Origin: Patescibacteria group bacterium
GTDB taxonomy: Bacteria; Patescibacteriota; JAQUNI01
DNA: 64,000 nt
Assembly: GCA_028717685.1 (NCBI GenBank)
Contig: JAQUNI010000003.1
Location: 64,311 to 128,310 of the forward strand
Direction: 5' to 3'
Shown here: positions 29,330 to 38,916 of the stretch, piece by piece
Layout of the letters: each line of letters opens with the position of its first letter
Numbering within the stretch: the stretch's first letter is position 1
The notes under the pieces: model-generated
What the model saw: only the letters and a program-made list of their open reading frames with translations
What the model was told of the DNA's origin: nothing
Databases searched by the model: none
Made by a program: the position numbers and the translations under genes

Positions 29330-30631
29330 TTACAGAAGATTTGAAGTATTTTTTGATTTATTTAAGGCAAGATTTCCCCTTCTTTCCCAGAAATAGAAAA
29401 TCATCAGTCCTCCGAATAATCCAGCGAGGGAGATCAGGAGATTAAAAACAATTTGTCTGATTGAGCCGTGACGCATTAAAATAAGCAGGATTTCCAAGAT
29501 GCTGGTTGCGATTAAGATATAAATGAATTTAAATTTGTGAACGGAAAGATAATAATTAATTAAGATATTATCCAGCGAGAGGAAAAACATAGTGATAGCG
29601 CTAAAGCCCACTAAAGGGGAAATAACAAGGTAAGAAGAGCCAAAAAGCATCTTAATAATTAGTTGGGGAAAAAGGAAATATGCTATTACCCCTAAGCCTG
29701 AAACAAAGCCGACTATTTTCAGGGACTGTTTTAAAAGATGTTGGTGATCCTTGCCCTTTTTATGCCTTTCCGCCACCATTGGAAACATCACCGCCGCAAT
29801 GGCGCCCGTGGCAAAGAAGATAATTTGGCTTAATTTAGAAAGAGCTGAATAAAGCCCTGCTTCGTGAGCGGAAAAGAAGTGCTTCACCATAATAACGTCA
29901 ATGTTGTAAAGCGCCGTGAGACAGAAGAGGGTAATCAATGCGGGTAAGGCAAAGGATATAATTTTATAATCCTTAATTTTATTTCGCGGAGTGTAAAGAA
30001 AAATGAATCTAAGGGGCAGGAAACTCACTATAAAAGCAATTAAACTCGCGACAACCATTGCGCCCAGCGCGCCATATACTTTTAGGCTCGTCAGAACCAA
30101 AGCCGCGCCCAGAGAGGTTTTAATTAACGCCTCTGTCAACAAATTCCAGGCGAGGGATTTGAAAAGTTGCAAACCCTGAAGGATGCCGCGAGTCGCTGGC
30201 ACTACAAAAGCCAGAAGCAAGATAAAATTCAGAGTCAGAATTAATTTTAAAGAAGGTATTTGCAAGAAATGAGCAAGCCATGGTGCCATAATGCAGAGAG
30301 CCAAGAACACGCCTAAACCCACCAGGATTAAATTTTTTACAAGATATCGCAGTAAAAAATGGAGTTCTCCATAGTTTTTGTTGACTTTCAGATTGCTCGC
30401 GAGTTTAACAATGACCATACTAACGGTGGACATCGGGATGGATAAAATTATACTCACGGAGATTAAGGAGGCTAAAACGCCATAGTCCGCCGGTCCCAAG
30501 GCTCTTCCTGCCACTAGATGAAAAATATAATTCCCCACGCTGGCTGACATTGAGCCAAGGAACAGAATATAACTATTCTTAATTAGCTTATTTTTTTTCA
30601 GTTTCAGGTTAATGGTTTGGAAAATATTCAT
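29330..30631 (-). CDS. wzx: Wzx-like polysaccharide flippase (MOP superfamily)
   Basis: 433 aa, ~12 TM, polysacc_synt-like N-terminus. Confidence 0.7.
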   Translation of the reverse strand: MNIFQTINLKLKKNKLIKNSYILFLGSMSASVGNYIFHLVAGRALGPADYGVLASLISVSIILSIPMSTVSMVIVKLASNLKVNKNYGELHFLLRYLVKNLILVGLGVFLALCIMAPWLAHFLQIPSLKLILTLNFILLLAFVVPATRGILQGLQLFKSLAWNLLTEALIKTSLGAALVLTSLKVYGALGAMVVASLIAFIVSFLPLRFIFLYTPRNKIKDYKIISFALPALITLFCLTALYNIDVIMVKHFFSAHEAGLYSALSKLSQIIFFATGAIAAVMFPMVAERHKKGKDHQHLLKQSLKIVGFVSGLGVIAYFLFPQLIIKMLFGSSYLVISPLVGFSAITMFFLSLDNILINYYLSVHKFKFIYILIATSILEILLILMRHGSIRQIVFNLLISLAGLFGGLMIFYFWERRGNLALNKSKNTSNLL

Positions 30632-31587
30632 TTTATCTCTCTACTACTTTGCGAAGGGTGTTGATTAGATTTAAACCATTCTATGGTTTTTTTGATTCCT
30701 TCTTCCAGGGAATAGCGCGGTTTCCATTTTAATTCTTTTTGGGCGAGACTCGCATCTAAACTTATTCTATCTACTTCACCTGGGCGGCAAGGAAGATATT
30801 GGGGTTTTATCTCACTTTGCAATTCCTTTTTAATTATTTGAAATATTTGTTCTGTGGTAGTCGCTTTTCCCGTGCCAATATTGTAGGTTTTGTTTCGATG
30901 AGAGATCATTGCTTGGATATTAGCTTCCACTATGTCTTCCACGAAAATATAATCCCTTTTATTTTTGCCATAAGCAAAAAGAGAAGGCGCTTCTCCTCGG
31001 ATTAATTTATTAATAAAAATGGCGATCACCCCCGCTTCTCCCAAAGGGTTCTGGCGGGGACCATAGACATTGGCATAACGCAGGGTAATGTAGGGCAATC
31101 CATAGAGCCTATGATAAATCTCTAAATATTTTTCCGCCGTATATTTGGAAATGCCATAGCAAGATAGAGGATTTACAGAGTGTGATTCCGGAACAGGGAT
31201 CTTTATGGGTTCGCCATAGACAGCTCCTCCGCTAGAGGCATAGATAAATTTTTTTATTTTAATTTTCGCCGCTTCTCTAATGATATTCAAGGACCCTAGG
31301 ATATTCACTTTGGCATCATAGATTGGTTTTTGGAGGGATTTATGCACGTCCATTTGGGCCGCCAGGTGAAAAATATAATCTATTTTATACTTGCGAAAGA
31401 TTGGTCTTAAATTTTCGTTAATGTTTTTTTCGTAAAAGACCAGATTTTTATTTGTGAGAGGAAGATTATGGCGGAAGCCCGTGGAAAGGTCGTCTATCAC
31501 TAACACTTTGTGTTTTAATTTTAATAATCTCTTGACTAAATTCGCGCCAATAAAACCTGCCCCTCCAGTAACAAGTACCGTCGGCAT
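30628..31587 (-). CDS. NAD-dependent UDP-sugar 4-epimerase (GalE/WbpP-like)
   Basis: VLVTGGAGFIGANL, YxxxK, C-terminal LKWKP. Confidence 0.75.
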   Translation of the reverse strand: MPTVLVTGGAGFIGANLVKRLLKLKHKVLVIDDLSTGFRHNLPLTNKNLVFYEKNINENLRPIFRKYKIDYIFHLAAQMDVHKSLQKPIYDAKVNILGSLNIIREAAKIKIKKFIYASSGGAVYGEPIKIPVPESHSVNPLSCYGISKYTAEKYLEIYHRLYGLPYITLRYANVYGPRQNPLGEAGVIAIFINKLIRGEAPSLFAYGKNKRDYIFVEDIVEANIQAMISHRNKTYNIGTGKATTTEQIFQIIKKELQSEIKPQYLPCRPGEVDRISLDASLAQKELKWKPRYSLEEGIKKTIEWFKSNQHPSQSSREIK

Positions 31588-31791
31588 AAAGTTTGGTTTA
31601 TATATTAAAAAATTGAGCCCTATAGATAAGGTCTTATCTTATTGTAACTGAAAAGAGATAGATTGGTCAAGAATAATAATTTAGTAATTTCTTGCCAAAA
31701 TATAAAAAAATAAGGGAGAAGAATCTTAAAGATATCCTCTCCCTTTTCACTTTTGTGCGGGCCAGCGCCGCCGAAAGAACGGTGGAAAGAT

Positions 31792-32496
31792 TCAAACCTC
31801 ACGACCTAATCCCTCCTCCTTTAACCAAGTAAAAAATTCTATAAATTCTTGCGCATTACACGCATATCGCTTAGCATAATCTTCCAGTACCTCTGATTTT
31901 TCTAAAAAAGCAGATAAGGAATTGATCGGTACCTTGCCATTATCCCCGCGCACCAGACAAGCGATAAAAATTTTTTCATAACAACGAAGCAGGATATCAC
32001 TTGGATTTTGCATAATCCAAGCAGCTAGCGAGGCTTTAGTGAGTTTGCCTTTTTCATAAACTCTGCGCGCAGTGATGCCGCTTGAGACGACATCGTCAAC
32101 AACCGCAATATTTGAATCTTTTGGCGCTTGAAAATCAGCAATCCAGGCTTCGGGATTTTTATAACCAAGACGCTCCGCAGCAATATTGACGCCTTGGGCG
32201 ATTTTTAGAGTGCATCGCATAAACTTGGCTCCTTTGCCTGGCCAAATAATTGTTTGGAATAGCTCTGGTTGCCAAATTTTTAAGAGCAGATCATTTAACA
32301 TGTCTGGAGTCAGTATTTGAGATGGCGCTTTAAGTTCGGGAATGTCGTTGCTAAATCCCAATTGATCCAAGCCGATATCGTCAATAAAGATATTACCTTT
32401 TACCCACCAAAATTCGTTCACCACAAGATTCGGTAGTCTATTTCTCACCTTTTCTTGCCAAGACATCTTGATGCCTCCTCTAATTTTTTCTGGCAA
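31792..32496 (-). CDS. phosphoribosyltransferase-domain protein (type I PRTase fold), unknown substrate
   Basis: IAVVDDVVSSGITA PRPP-binding-like motif; 17-nt overlap with the upstream LOG-like gene. Confidence 0.5.
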   Translation of the reverse strand: MPEKIRGGIKMSWQEKVRNRLPNLVVNEFWWVKGNIFIDDIGLDQLGFSNDIPELKAPSQILTPDMLNDLLLKIWQPELFQTIIWPGKGAKFMRCTLKIAQGVNIAAERLGYKNPEAWIADFQAPKDSNIAVVDDVVSSGITARRVYEKGKLTKASLAAWIMQNPSDILLRCYEKIFIACLVRGDNGKVPINSLSAFLEKSEVLEDYAKRYACNAQEFIEFFTWLKEEGLGREV

Positions 32497-33007
32497 TCTT
32501 CATTGCCAGCTTCACTGTTTCTTGCGCGGATCGCGCAACATAATACGGATATTTTCGCCAATTCTCTAATTGCAAGATTGACAAAAAATCCTCGCCAAAA
32601 CCTTTAATGAATATCAAAGGTTTTTGGTAACGGTAGGCAATCGCGAACTCGGCGAGCGTGCCCGCGTCCCCTGGGATCACGATAATCGCGTCAGAACTTA
32701 AAATTCCGGCGAAAATGTAATCGCCAATGTCAACGGGTGTGCAGATTTCTACCGTAACCCAAGGAACGCTTAAACCCCGTTTGCGACCCGGCGTTCCGAC
32801 CACAATGCCGCTGGCTTGATAAGCGCCGCGACAAGCCGCTTCTACCACGCCCGAGCAGCCGCCGGTAATTAAAATCGCTTTGGCGGCCGCTACTGCGCGA
32901 CCAATTTCTTCCGCGAGAGCCAAGGTTGCCTCTTTTCTTCGGCGCCCGCCTCGCAGGTTTTTTTCTTCCGGTCCAATGATGCCGATTTGAATGTTTCTTT
33001 GCTTCAT
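32480..33007 (-). CDS. LOG/SLOG-family Rossmann protein (TIGR00725-like nucleotide N-glycosidase/binding)
   Basis: ILITGGCSGVVEAACRGA and PGDAGTLAEF motifs. Confidence 0.55.
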   Translation of the reverse strand: MKQRNIQIGIIGPEEKNLRGGRRRKEATLALAEEIGRAVAAAKAILITGGCSGVVEAACRGAYQASGIVVGTPGRKRGLSVPWVTVEICTPVDIGDYIFAGILSSDAIIVIPGDAGTLAEFAIAYRYQKPLIFIKGFGEDFLSILQLENWRKYPYYVARSAQETVKLAMKIARKN

Positions 33008-33079
33008 ATTTTTCAGTTAAATAAAAAATCTCTTCCCTTGCGGGAAGAGGATGAAATGATTTTTAAAATCCAAATAAAA

Positions 33080-33430
33080 TCAACCCAACCTTTTCCCGTA
33101 AGGAGAAAGATTGTGATGATGGTTTTTTAATCTTTTTAAAATTAATTGATAGCCACCCTTACCTCTATTGAGCCATTTTGAGACTCGGGCTATTGTGGTA
33201 GAACTTAATCCAGTTTCTCTCTCAATTTTCAGGTAAGGTTTTTTTTCATCCAACATCTGCGCAGCCCGCCATCTTTTTCCGAATTCAATAATTTCTTGCT
33301 CAGTTAAAAGATCGCGCAAAAAATACTTGGCTTCTTGAAGGTTTTTTAAAGCCAAAATCGCTTGGCATAGGTCTTTGGTTGTTTGATTATCCCATTGTGA
33401 CATAATGTTTACTTTATTATAGTAAAGCAC
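33080..33430 (-). CDS. TrpR-related YerC/YecD-family DNA-binding protein
   Basis: LTEQEIIEFGKRW...IERETGLSSTTIARVSKWLNRG matches the YerC pattern. Confidence 0.8.
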   Translation of the reverse strand: MLYYNKVNIMSQWDNQTTKDLCQAILALKNLQEAKYFLRDLLTEQEIIEFGKRWRAAQMLDEKKPYLKIERETGLSSTTIARVSKWLNRGKGGYQLILKRLKNHHHNLSPYGKRLG

Positions 33431-33479
33431 TTTATCTAAGTAAAGTATAGCAAGGCAAATTTTTTTGTCAAGAGATCAA

Positions 33480-33515
33480 ATATCAGATTGAAAATTCTTG
33501 TTTGTATGATATAAT
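33480..33515 (+). promoter_or_regulatory. sigma70-like promoter (TTGAAA, 16 nt, TGaTATAAT) giving a near-leaderless transcript for 33522
   Basis: extended -10 ends ~8 nt before ATG; divergent to the yerC-like gene. Confidence 0.4.
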
Positions 33516-33521
33516 AAATTT

Positions 33522-33974
33522 ATGTTAGAAAAATATCAGGAAAAAAGAAATTTTCAAAAAACTCCGGAGCCGCGGGGAAAAGCAGCAAAATCTAAGGACA
33601 ATCGTTTTGTAATCCAGCAACATAGAGCGCGGACTTTACATTATGATGTTCGCCTTGAGGTTGAAGGGGTTTTGAAGTCTTGGGCTGTACCCAAGAATTT
33701 ACCTTTATCATTAGGGGAGAAACATTTAGCGATTAAGACCGAGGATCATCCTGTGCAATACCTTACTTTTGAGGGTATAATCCCCGAAGGGAATTATGGC
33801 GCTGGCGTGGTTCAGATTTGGGACCAGGGTAAGTTTAAACTAGAAAGTCGCGAGCCCCGCAAGCTTGTTTTTTATTTGCGAGGCAAAAAATTGACGGGAA
33901 AGTATGTTTTGGTTAAAATAGGGAAACAGCCAAAAAAGGGTAAAAACTGGCTGGTTTTCAAGATAAAAGCATAA
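33522..33974 (+). CDS. stand-alone DNA ligase D 3'-phosphoesterase (LigD-PE) domain protein
   Basis: RFVIQQHRARTLHYDVRLE...GVLKSWAVPKNLP signature. Confidence 0.8.
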   Translation: MLEKYQEKRNFQKTPEPRGKAAKSKDNRFVIQQHRARTLHYDVRLEVEGVLKSWAVPKNLPLSLGEKHLAIKTEDHPVQYLTFEGIIPEGNYGAGVVQIWDQGKFKLESREPRKLVFYLRGKKLTGKYVLVKIGKQPKKGKNWLVFKIKA

Positions 33975-33981
33975 CTTTTTT

Positions 33982-34839
33982 TTGTTAACTTTTATGTTGC
34001 CATCTAAAATTCGTTTTATCTTCAGAGTTGTTTTTATCGCCTTTTTTGCGGCGATCCTACTTTTTGTTTTATATCAGAATTTTAACCCTTTTGGCGTCCC
34101 GCGATCTTATGACTACGAATTTTCACCTAAGATTAACCATTTTATCAGCCCTTTATTGCCCAAGGAGCGGGTTTCGGAGTATTACCGCGATGCGAAAGGA
34201 GATTGGTATCAAATTTTAAAGGGTCCTTTGGTTTATTTTTCCCTATATCCTGTTGCTAAAGATCGTAAACTTGACCTGATTATAAAATATAAAAGTGAAG
34301 TGCCGGAAATTAGATTTGGCGAAACAGTCTCTGTAGGCGACAATTTAGAATATAAGCCTTATCCTTTTTATAACGCATTTATCCAAAATCTTGACTGGCC
34401 TTGCGTGGAGAACAACGGGGTATTTTTGTATCAGAAAGAGAAGCACTTTAGCTCGGTTCAAGAATATTTGGGCAATGTTCCTTTGGATAAAAATAATGCG
34501 GTTTATTTTTTCGGTGATGAGCGAATTAAAAATGCGAAGAGTCTCACCCATTTTCAGAGCCCTGTAAAGGAGATTGATTATTTAATTACTACTTACAAGA
34601 AGGCCGAGACGACACCCGATGGCTGGCTTGTAACCACCATGCATTTGGATTTATCCAACTCATTTATTCTGCGGCAGTATATAAAATATCTTTTTAGTAT
34701 TCCATTTTTTGAAAATTATGTCGCCTCATCTGGAGAGCTAGCACCCGAGGTAGTGATTACTAATATCAAGGCCGTTGTTTACGAACCCCCTTCTCGTTAC
34801 TTCCTTAAATTGCAAAATTTATTTAGAAATAGGCCTTAA
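33982..34839 (+). CDS. hypothetical membrane-anchored protein (N-terminal TM)
   Basis: ORF with codon-usage continuity; no recognisable domain. Confidence 0.4.
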   Translation: MLTFMLPSKIRFIFRVVFIAFFAAILLFVLYQNFNPFGVPRSYDYEFSPKINHFISPLLPKERVSEYYRDAKGDWYQILKGPLVYFSLYPVAKDRKLDLIIKYKSEVPEIRFGETVSVGDNLEYKPYPFYNAFIQNLDWPCVENNGVFLYQKEKHFSSVQEYLGNVPLDKNNAVYFFGDERIKNAKSLTHFQSPVKEIDYLITTYKKAETTPDGWLVTTMHLDLSNSFILRQYIKYLFSIPFFENYVASSGELAPEVVITNIKAVVYEPPSRYFLKLQNLFRNRP

Positions 34840-35056
34840 TTTTATGAAACTGGAAGTTGGAAAAGCGAAATTATTTTATGCCATAGTGAGCGACTTTTTT
34901 GTGATTAGTTTAGTGGGTTATCTTTTTTTTCTTTGGTTAGATCGCGCGTATAATCAATGCATTAGCAATTATTTTAGTTTAAATATCATTTTAGGTCTTG
35001 TTTTACTATCGGGGATTATGACTGCTGTTTTGAGGGGAATATTGGCGAAAAAATAA
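34775..35056 (+). CDS. small hypothetical membrane protein (start likely MKLEVGK at ~34844)
   Basis: two hydrophobic helices. Confidence 0.3.
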   Translation: MFTNPLLVTSLNCKIYLEIGLNFMKLEVGKAKLFYAIVSDFFVISLVGYLFFLWLDRAYNQCISNYFSLNIILGLVLLSGIMTAVLRGILAKK

Positions 35057-35223
35057 AATAAACGTCCAGCTATGGTGTAGGTGGGCGTTTAAAAATTCCT
35101 TATGACAATTTTTGTTTCTTAAGGGATTTTTTTATTTTTTGATATTTTTTATTTGTCCAAAATGAAAATCATCCAACGCACCAGTCCCTCATTTTTCAAA
35201 AATTCGGGACGGTACAGGGTTTT

Positions 35224-35304
35224 GCTCCATTAGCCCGCTCGCAACGCCTCGCAAGGCTCGGCTTGCATGGCCGGGCGGGCAACGGGCTTAGAAACCCGTG
35301 GAGC
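35224..35304. ncRNA. GC-rich structured element (closing stem GCUCCA/UGGAGC, internal GCCCGC/GCGGGC, GCAAG/CUUGC and CGGG/CCCG hairpins); candidate small RNA or terminator, not a tRNA
   Basis: ~70% GC island in a ~35% GC genome, immediately 3' of the HD-zinc-ribbon gene. Confidence 0.3.
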
Positions 35305-35305
35305 T

Positions 35306-36001
35306 TTATTTTAGATAAATATGCTGGTATTTTTTTATTTTTGCCTGAAGGGTTTTTCTTTCATTTTCCACATCGTCAATATTTTTTAAACCCGTACAGT
35401 TGGGGTAACGGGTGCAGCCATAAAACATATTTCCTCCGTTTTTCCCTTGGCGTTTGCGCATCGGAGCGCCGCAAGCAGGACAAGTAACCTCCTCGGAAAA
35501 ATACAAAACTTTAGCGCTCCACATATCCGCCATATGGAGAATAACCGCCAAAGGTTTCATATTTTTAATGAATTCTTTAAAATCGCTCCAGCCGCCTTCA
35601 GCATAAAGCAGGGCATTAAGCTCATTATCACTAAGGCCAATACCAGCTTTGGCTAACTCATTGAGGGTCCAAACCTCGGCTGGCAATTCAATGTCTGTCC
35701 ATCGCCAAGCATCCTTAATATCTTCCACATAGGTTACGATTTTGGCAAAATCATGGAGGTAGGCGGCGACAATCATCTCTTCTTCCGTAAAATCGGGGTG
35801 AGAATAGGATAGATTATTATAGGGCAGATATTTATTGAGCCTTAGCATTATTTCTAGAATTTCAGTAGTGTGCAGAAGAAGTCCGCCCGTAAAATTATGA
35901 TGATGGGTTTCCGCTGCCGGCGCGCGGTCAAAAGCAGAACGATATTCTTCCGCAAAAGCAGCGAGTTTAGTTTTTTTGAGGTAAGCGTACAAATCAAGCA
36001 T
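35306..36001 (-). CDS. HD-domain phosphohydrolase fused to a C-terminal topoisomerase-I-type C4 zinc ribbon
   Basis: HHHNF..LHD..HMAD HD residues; CPACGAPMRKRQGKNGGNMFYGCTRYPNC. Confidence 0.7.
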   Translation of the reverse strand: MLDLYAYLKKTKLAAFAEEYRSAFDRAPAAETHHHNFTGGLLLHTTEILEIMLRLNKYLPYNNLSYSHPDFTEEEMIVAAYLHDFAKIVTYVEDIKDAWRWTDIELPAEVWTLNELAKAGIGLSDNELNALLYAEGGWSDFKEFIKNMKPLAVILHMADMWSAKVLYFSEEVTCPACGAPMRKRQGKNGGNMFYGCTRYPNCTGLKNIDDVENERKTLQAKIKKYQHIYLK

Positions 36002-36117
36002 ATTTTGAGTTATTTTTATAGTGCGGTTTGTGTTGTTTATTTTCCAAAATAGCCGCCTTGGGAATTCACCTTTGGGGTTTTAAGGATAAAGATTAAACTG
36101 AGAAAGATTTATAGAGC

Positions 36118-36597
36118 TTATCTTTTAAAAAGGAAACCTCCCAAGGGGTGATAGCTAAAGATGATAAAACTTATTAGAAAGAAGAGAAAGAGAAGGGTTG
36201 TGACTAAAATTACCGAGCAGTTTGGTTCTTTAGTGCTTAAAAATTGCTCCAAAAATTGAGCGATAATTACAGCAATGGCTATGCTTAAAAATACCGTCGT
36301 AAAACCGCTAGGGGTAATCATAATAAAAACAGCAGTCAAAATAGTGGCGCTGACGATGCCGGCGAGCTTGCCAAAAAAGATATTGTCTCTTTCCGCAAAA
36401 CCTGGAATTAAGAATTCTAAAAGACCATAGATAATCATTGCCCAAAAGACTATTTTAGCGATTTCAAAGATACTGCCATCTTGGGCGCAAAACAGCTTTA
36501 TGCCACCCGCATAGCGCAGAAAGCCAACCAAAAAAAGAATGGCAATCACGGCGATAATTTTATAAAAGAGCAATTGTTTTTTAGAAAGCTTATTCAT
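36118..36597 (-). CDS. hypothetical small membrane protein (4-5 TM)
   Basis: hydropathy. Confidence 0.4.
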   Translation of the reverse strand: MNKLSKKQLLFYKIIAVIAILFLVGFLRYAGGIKLFCAQDGSIFEIAKIVFWAMIIYGLLEFLIPGFAERDNIFFGKLAGIVSATILTAVFIMITPSGFTTVFLSIAIAVIIAQFLEQFLSTKEPNCSVILVTTLLFLFFLISFIIFSYHPLGGFLFKR

Positions 36598-36688
36598 TTG
36601 GATTGACCCTGCCCTCCTCTCTTGGGAATTTAGCGGCTATTCAAGTCTATTAATATTTTAGCAAAGAATTCATTTGTAGGCAATTCCT

Positions 36689-37984
36689 TTATCTCCCAAT
36701 CCCTACATATTTAAAGCCCATTTCTCTAATTTTAGCAGGCTCAAGGATGTTGCGCGCGTCCACAATATTGGGAGTTCTCATTAATCTTTTGATTTTTGTC
36801 CAACTCAAATTTTGAAATTCCGGCCAATCGGTGGCGATGAGCAGGACATCGCTTCCTTTAGCGCAAAGGTAAGGATTACCCGCGTAGCTAATTTTTTTAC
36901 CAAGCGCCTTGCGGGCGTTGTTCGCGGCGATAGGATCATAAGCTTTGATTTTAGCCCCGCGTTTGAAAAGCAAGTTAATAATGTCAATAGCAGGCGATTC
37001 GCGCACATCGTCAGTATGGGATTTGAAGGCGAGACCTAGCACCGCGATTTTTTTGCCTTGGAGTTTACCACCTAAGATATTTTTGATCTTAGCCACAACA
37101 ATTTCCCTTTGGTGTTGATTGATTTGCATTACTGCCTCCAGAAGATTAAACCAGTAACCGCCGGCGCGGGCAAAATAATAGAGAGCAGAGACATCCTTCG
37201 GGAAACAGGAGCCGCCATAGCCAGGGCCCGGGTCTAAAAATTTGTCGCCGATGCGGGAATCTAGACCGATACCCTTGGCCACCATTTTCACATCTGCTTC
37301 GTAATTATCGCAAATATTGGCAATCTCGTTAATAAAAGAGATTTTGAGAGCGAGAAAAGAATTGGCGGCATACTTAATCATTTCTGCCGATTCTAAGTTG
37401 GCAATAACAAGCGGTGCTTTAAATGGGGCATATAGTTTTTTCATTATTTCTATGGCAGGGGCGTTCGGTTTTTCAAATCCTAAAACAATACGATCGGGAT
37501 GGAGGAAATCGGAAATGGCAGTCCCTTCTCTCTGAAATTCAGGATTGGAAACAACATCAAATTTTCCTTTGTAATTTTTCGCGACCATTTCCCTCACCAT
37601 CTTTCCTGTGCCGATCGGCACGGTGCTCTTGTCTACAATTACTTTGTAGTCTTTTAGATTCTTTCCTAAATCGCGCGCGACTTGCAGGACATACCGAAGA
37701 TCCGCTTTGCCGTTTTTATCTTGAGGGGTGCCGACAGCAATGAAAACTATGCTCGCGTCTTTAATGCCTTCGGATAAAGAAGTGGTAAAATTGATTCTGC
37801 CGCTATTTAAGTTTTTTTTGAGCATTTCTGGCAGATGTTCTTCATAGATTGTGGGGATCCCTTTTTTAAGTTTGGTGATCTTGGCTTTGTCAACATCTAC
37901 GCAGGTTACTTTGTGACCTAAGTCAGCAAAGCAAACCCCTACGCCTAAGCCGACGTAACCAGTGCCAATAACAGCGAGTTTCAT
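36689..37984 (-). CDS. ugd: UDP-glucose 6-dehydrogenase
   Basis: KLAVIGTGYVGLGVGVCFA...GGSCFPKD catalytic Cys motif. Confidence 0.85.
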   Translation of the reverse strand: MKLAVIGTGYVGLGVGVCFADLGHKVTCVDVDKAKITKLKKGIPTIYEEHLPEMLKKNLNSGRINFTTSLSEGIKDASIVFIAVGTPQDKNGKADLRYVLQVARDLGKNLKDYKVIVDKSTVPIGTGKMVREMVAKNYKGKFDVVSNPEFQREGTAISDFLHPDRIVLGFEKPNAPAIEIMKKLYAPFKAPLVIANLESAEMIKYAANSFLALKISFINEIANICDNYEADVKMVAKGIGLDSRIGDKFLDPGPGYGGSCFPKDVSALYYFARAGGYWFNLLEAVMQINQHQREIVVAKIKNILGGKLQGKKIAVLGLAFKSHTDDVRESPAIDIINLLFKRGAKIKAYDPIAANNARKALGKKISYAGNPYLCAKGSDVLLIATDWPEFQNLSWTKIKRLMRTPNIVDARNILEPAKIREMGFKYVGIGR

Positions 37985-38014
37985 AGTGATGAGATAATTA
38001 AAAATTGAAAATTG

Positions 38015-38908
38015 TTATTTTGATTCATTTAATGCCTTATCCCTGACTAAAGTCGTTGCTCGATATAAGGTTTCCGGGATGCCAGCATCGGTCCACCAGC
38101 CATGCAGTGTTTCGTATTCCATTGTTCCTTCTTTAATGTATTGATTATTCACATCCGTGATTTCAAGCTCTCCCCTGTCGGAAGGTTTTAAGGTTTTAAT
38201 TATTTCATAGACGTAGCTGTCGTACATATAAATACCAGTTACCGCCAGGTTTGATTTTGGTATTTTAGGTTTTTCCTCAATACTAATAATTTTGCCATTT
38301 TTAACTTCAGCCACACCGAAACGTTTAGCATCAGGCACTTCTTTCAAAAAAATCCTTGCTCCTTTTTTTTGATTGCGGAAATTTTCTACCGCCGGACCAA
38401 TATTGTCTTCAAAGATATTGTCACCTAAAATCACAACAACCTTTTGGTCATCGGCGAAATCTTGAGTCAAACCTAAAGCTTCAGCAATACCTCCCGCCCC
38501 TTCTTGATAAGCATATCTTAATTCGCGCAGGCCGAATTCTTTGCCATTGCCTAAAAGACGCAAAAAGTCACCTGGACTATTGCCGCCCGTGACAATCATC
38601 ACTTCCTTGATTCCCGCATTAACTAAAGTCTGCAAAGGATAATAGATCATCGGTTTATTGTAGACAGGGAGGAGATGTTTATTGGTCACCTTGGTGGCAG
38701 GCAGAAGCCTTGTGCCTGTGCCGCCAGCTAAAATAATTCCCTTGACATCTGTTTCTGCTGCGCGTTCCTTTTTTTGCGACCTTAATCTTTCATATTCCTC
38801 AATATCCATCACTACCGTTCGGGGATTTTCTCCCTCAATAATGATGTGAGTTTTACTGGTTGCGCGAGTGAGAGTCGCTATTTTTTGTGAATTTTCTTTG
38901 TTAAGCAT
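38015..38908 (-). CDS. rmlA: glucose-1-phosphate thymidylyltransferase (true start probably at internal Met ~38809)
   Basis: KGIILAGGTGTRLLPATKVTNKHLLPVYNKPMIYYPL. Confidence 0.85.
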   Translation of the reverse strand: MLNKENSQKIATLTRATSKTHIIIEGENPRTVVMDIEEYERLRSQKKERAAETDVKGIILAGGTGTRLLPATKVTNKHLLPVYNKPMIYYPLQTLVNAGIKEVMIVTGGNSPGDFLRLLGNGKEFGLRELRYAYQEGAGGIAEALGLTQDFADDQKVVVILGDNIFEDNIGPAVENFRNQKKGARIFLKEVPDAKRFGVAEVKNGKIISIEEKPKIPKSNLAVTGIYMYDSYVYEIIKTLKPSDRGELEITDVNNQYIKEGTMEYETLHGWWTDAGIPETLYRATTLVRDKALNESK

Positions 38909-38916
38909 AAATTTTA

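Noticed and set aside
35224-35304. Possible tRNA in the GC-rich island
   Set aside because: No GTTC/T-loop or D-loop consensus, the stems are placed wrongly for a cloverleaf, and the length and arms do not fit. It is kept only as an unclassified structured element.
38809-38908. N-terminal 33-aa extension on rmlA (THIIIEGENPRTVVMDIEEYERL) resembling a Phd/YefM antitoxin
   Set aside because: Too short for an antitoxin fold. RmlA homologs begin at the internal Met (MDIEEY...KGIILAGG). It is most likely an upstream in-frame extension rather than a fusion.
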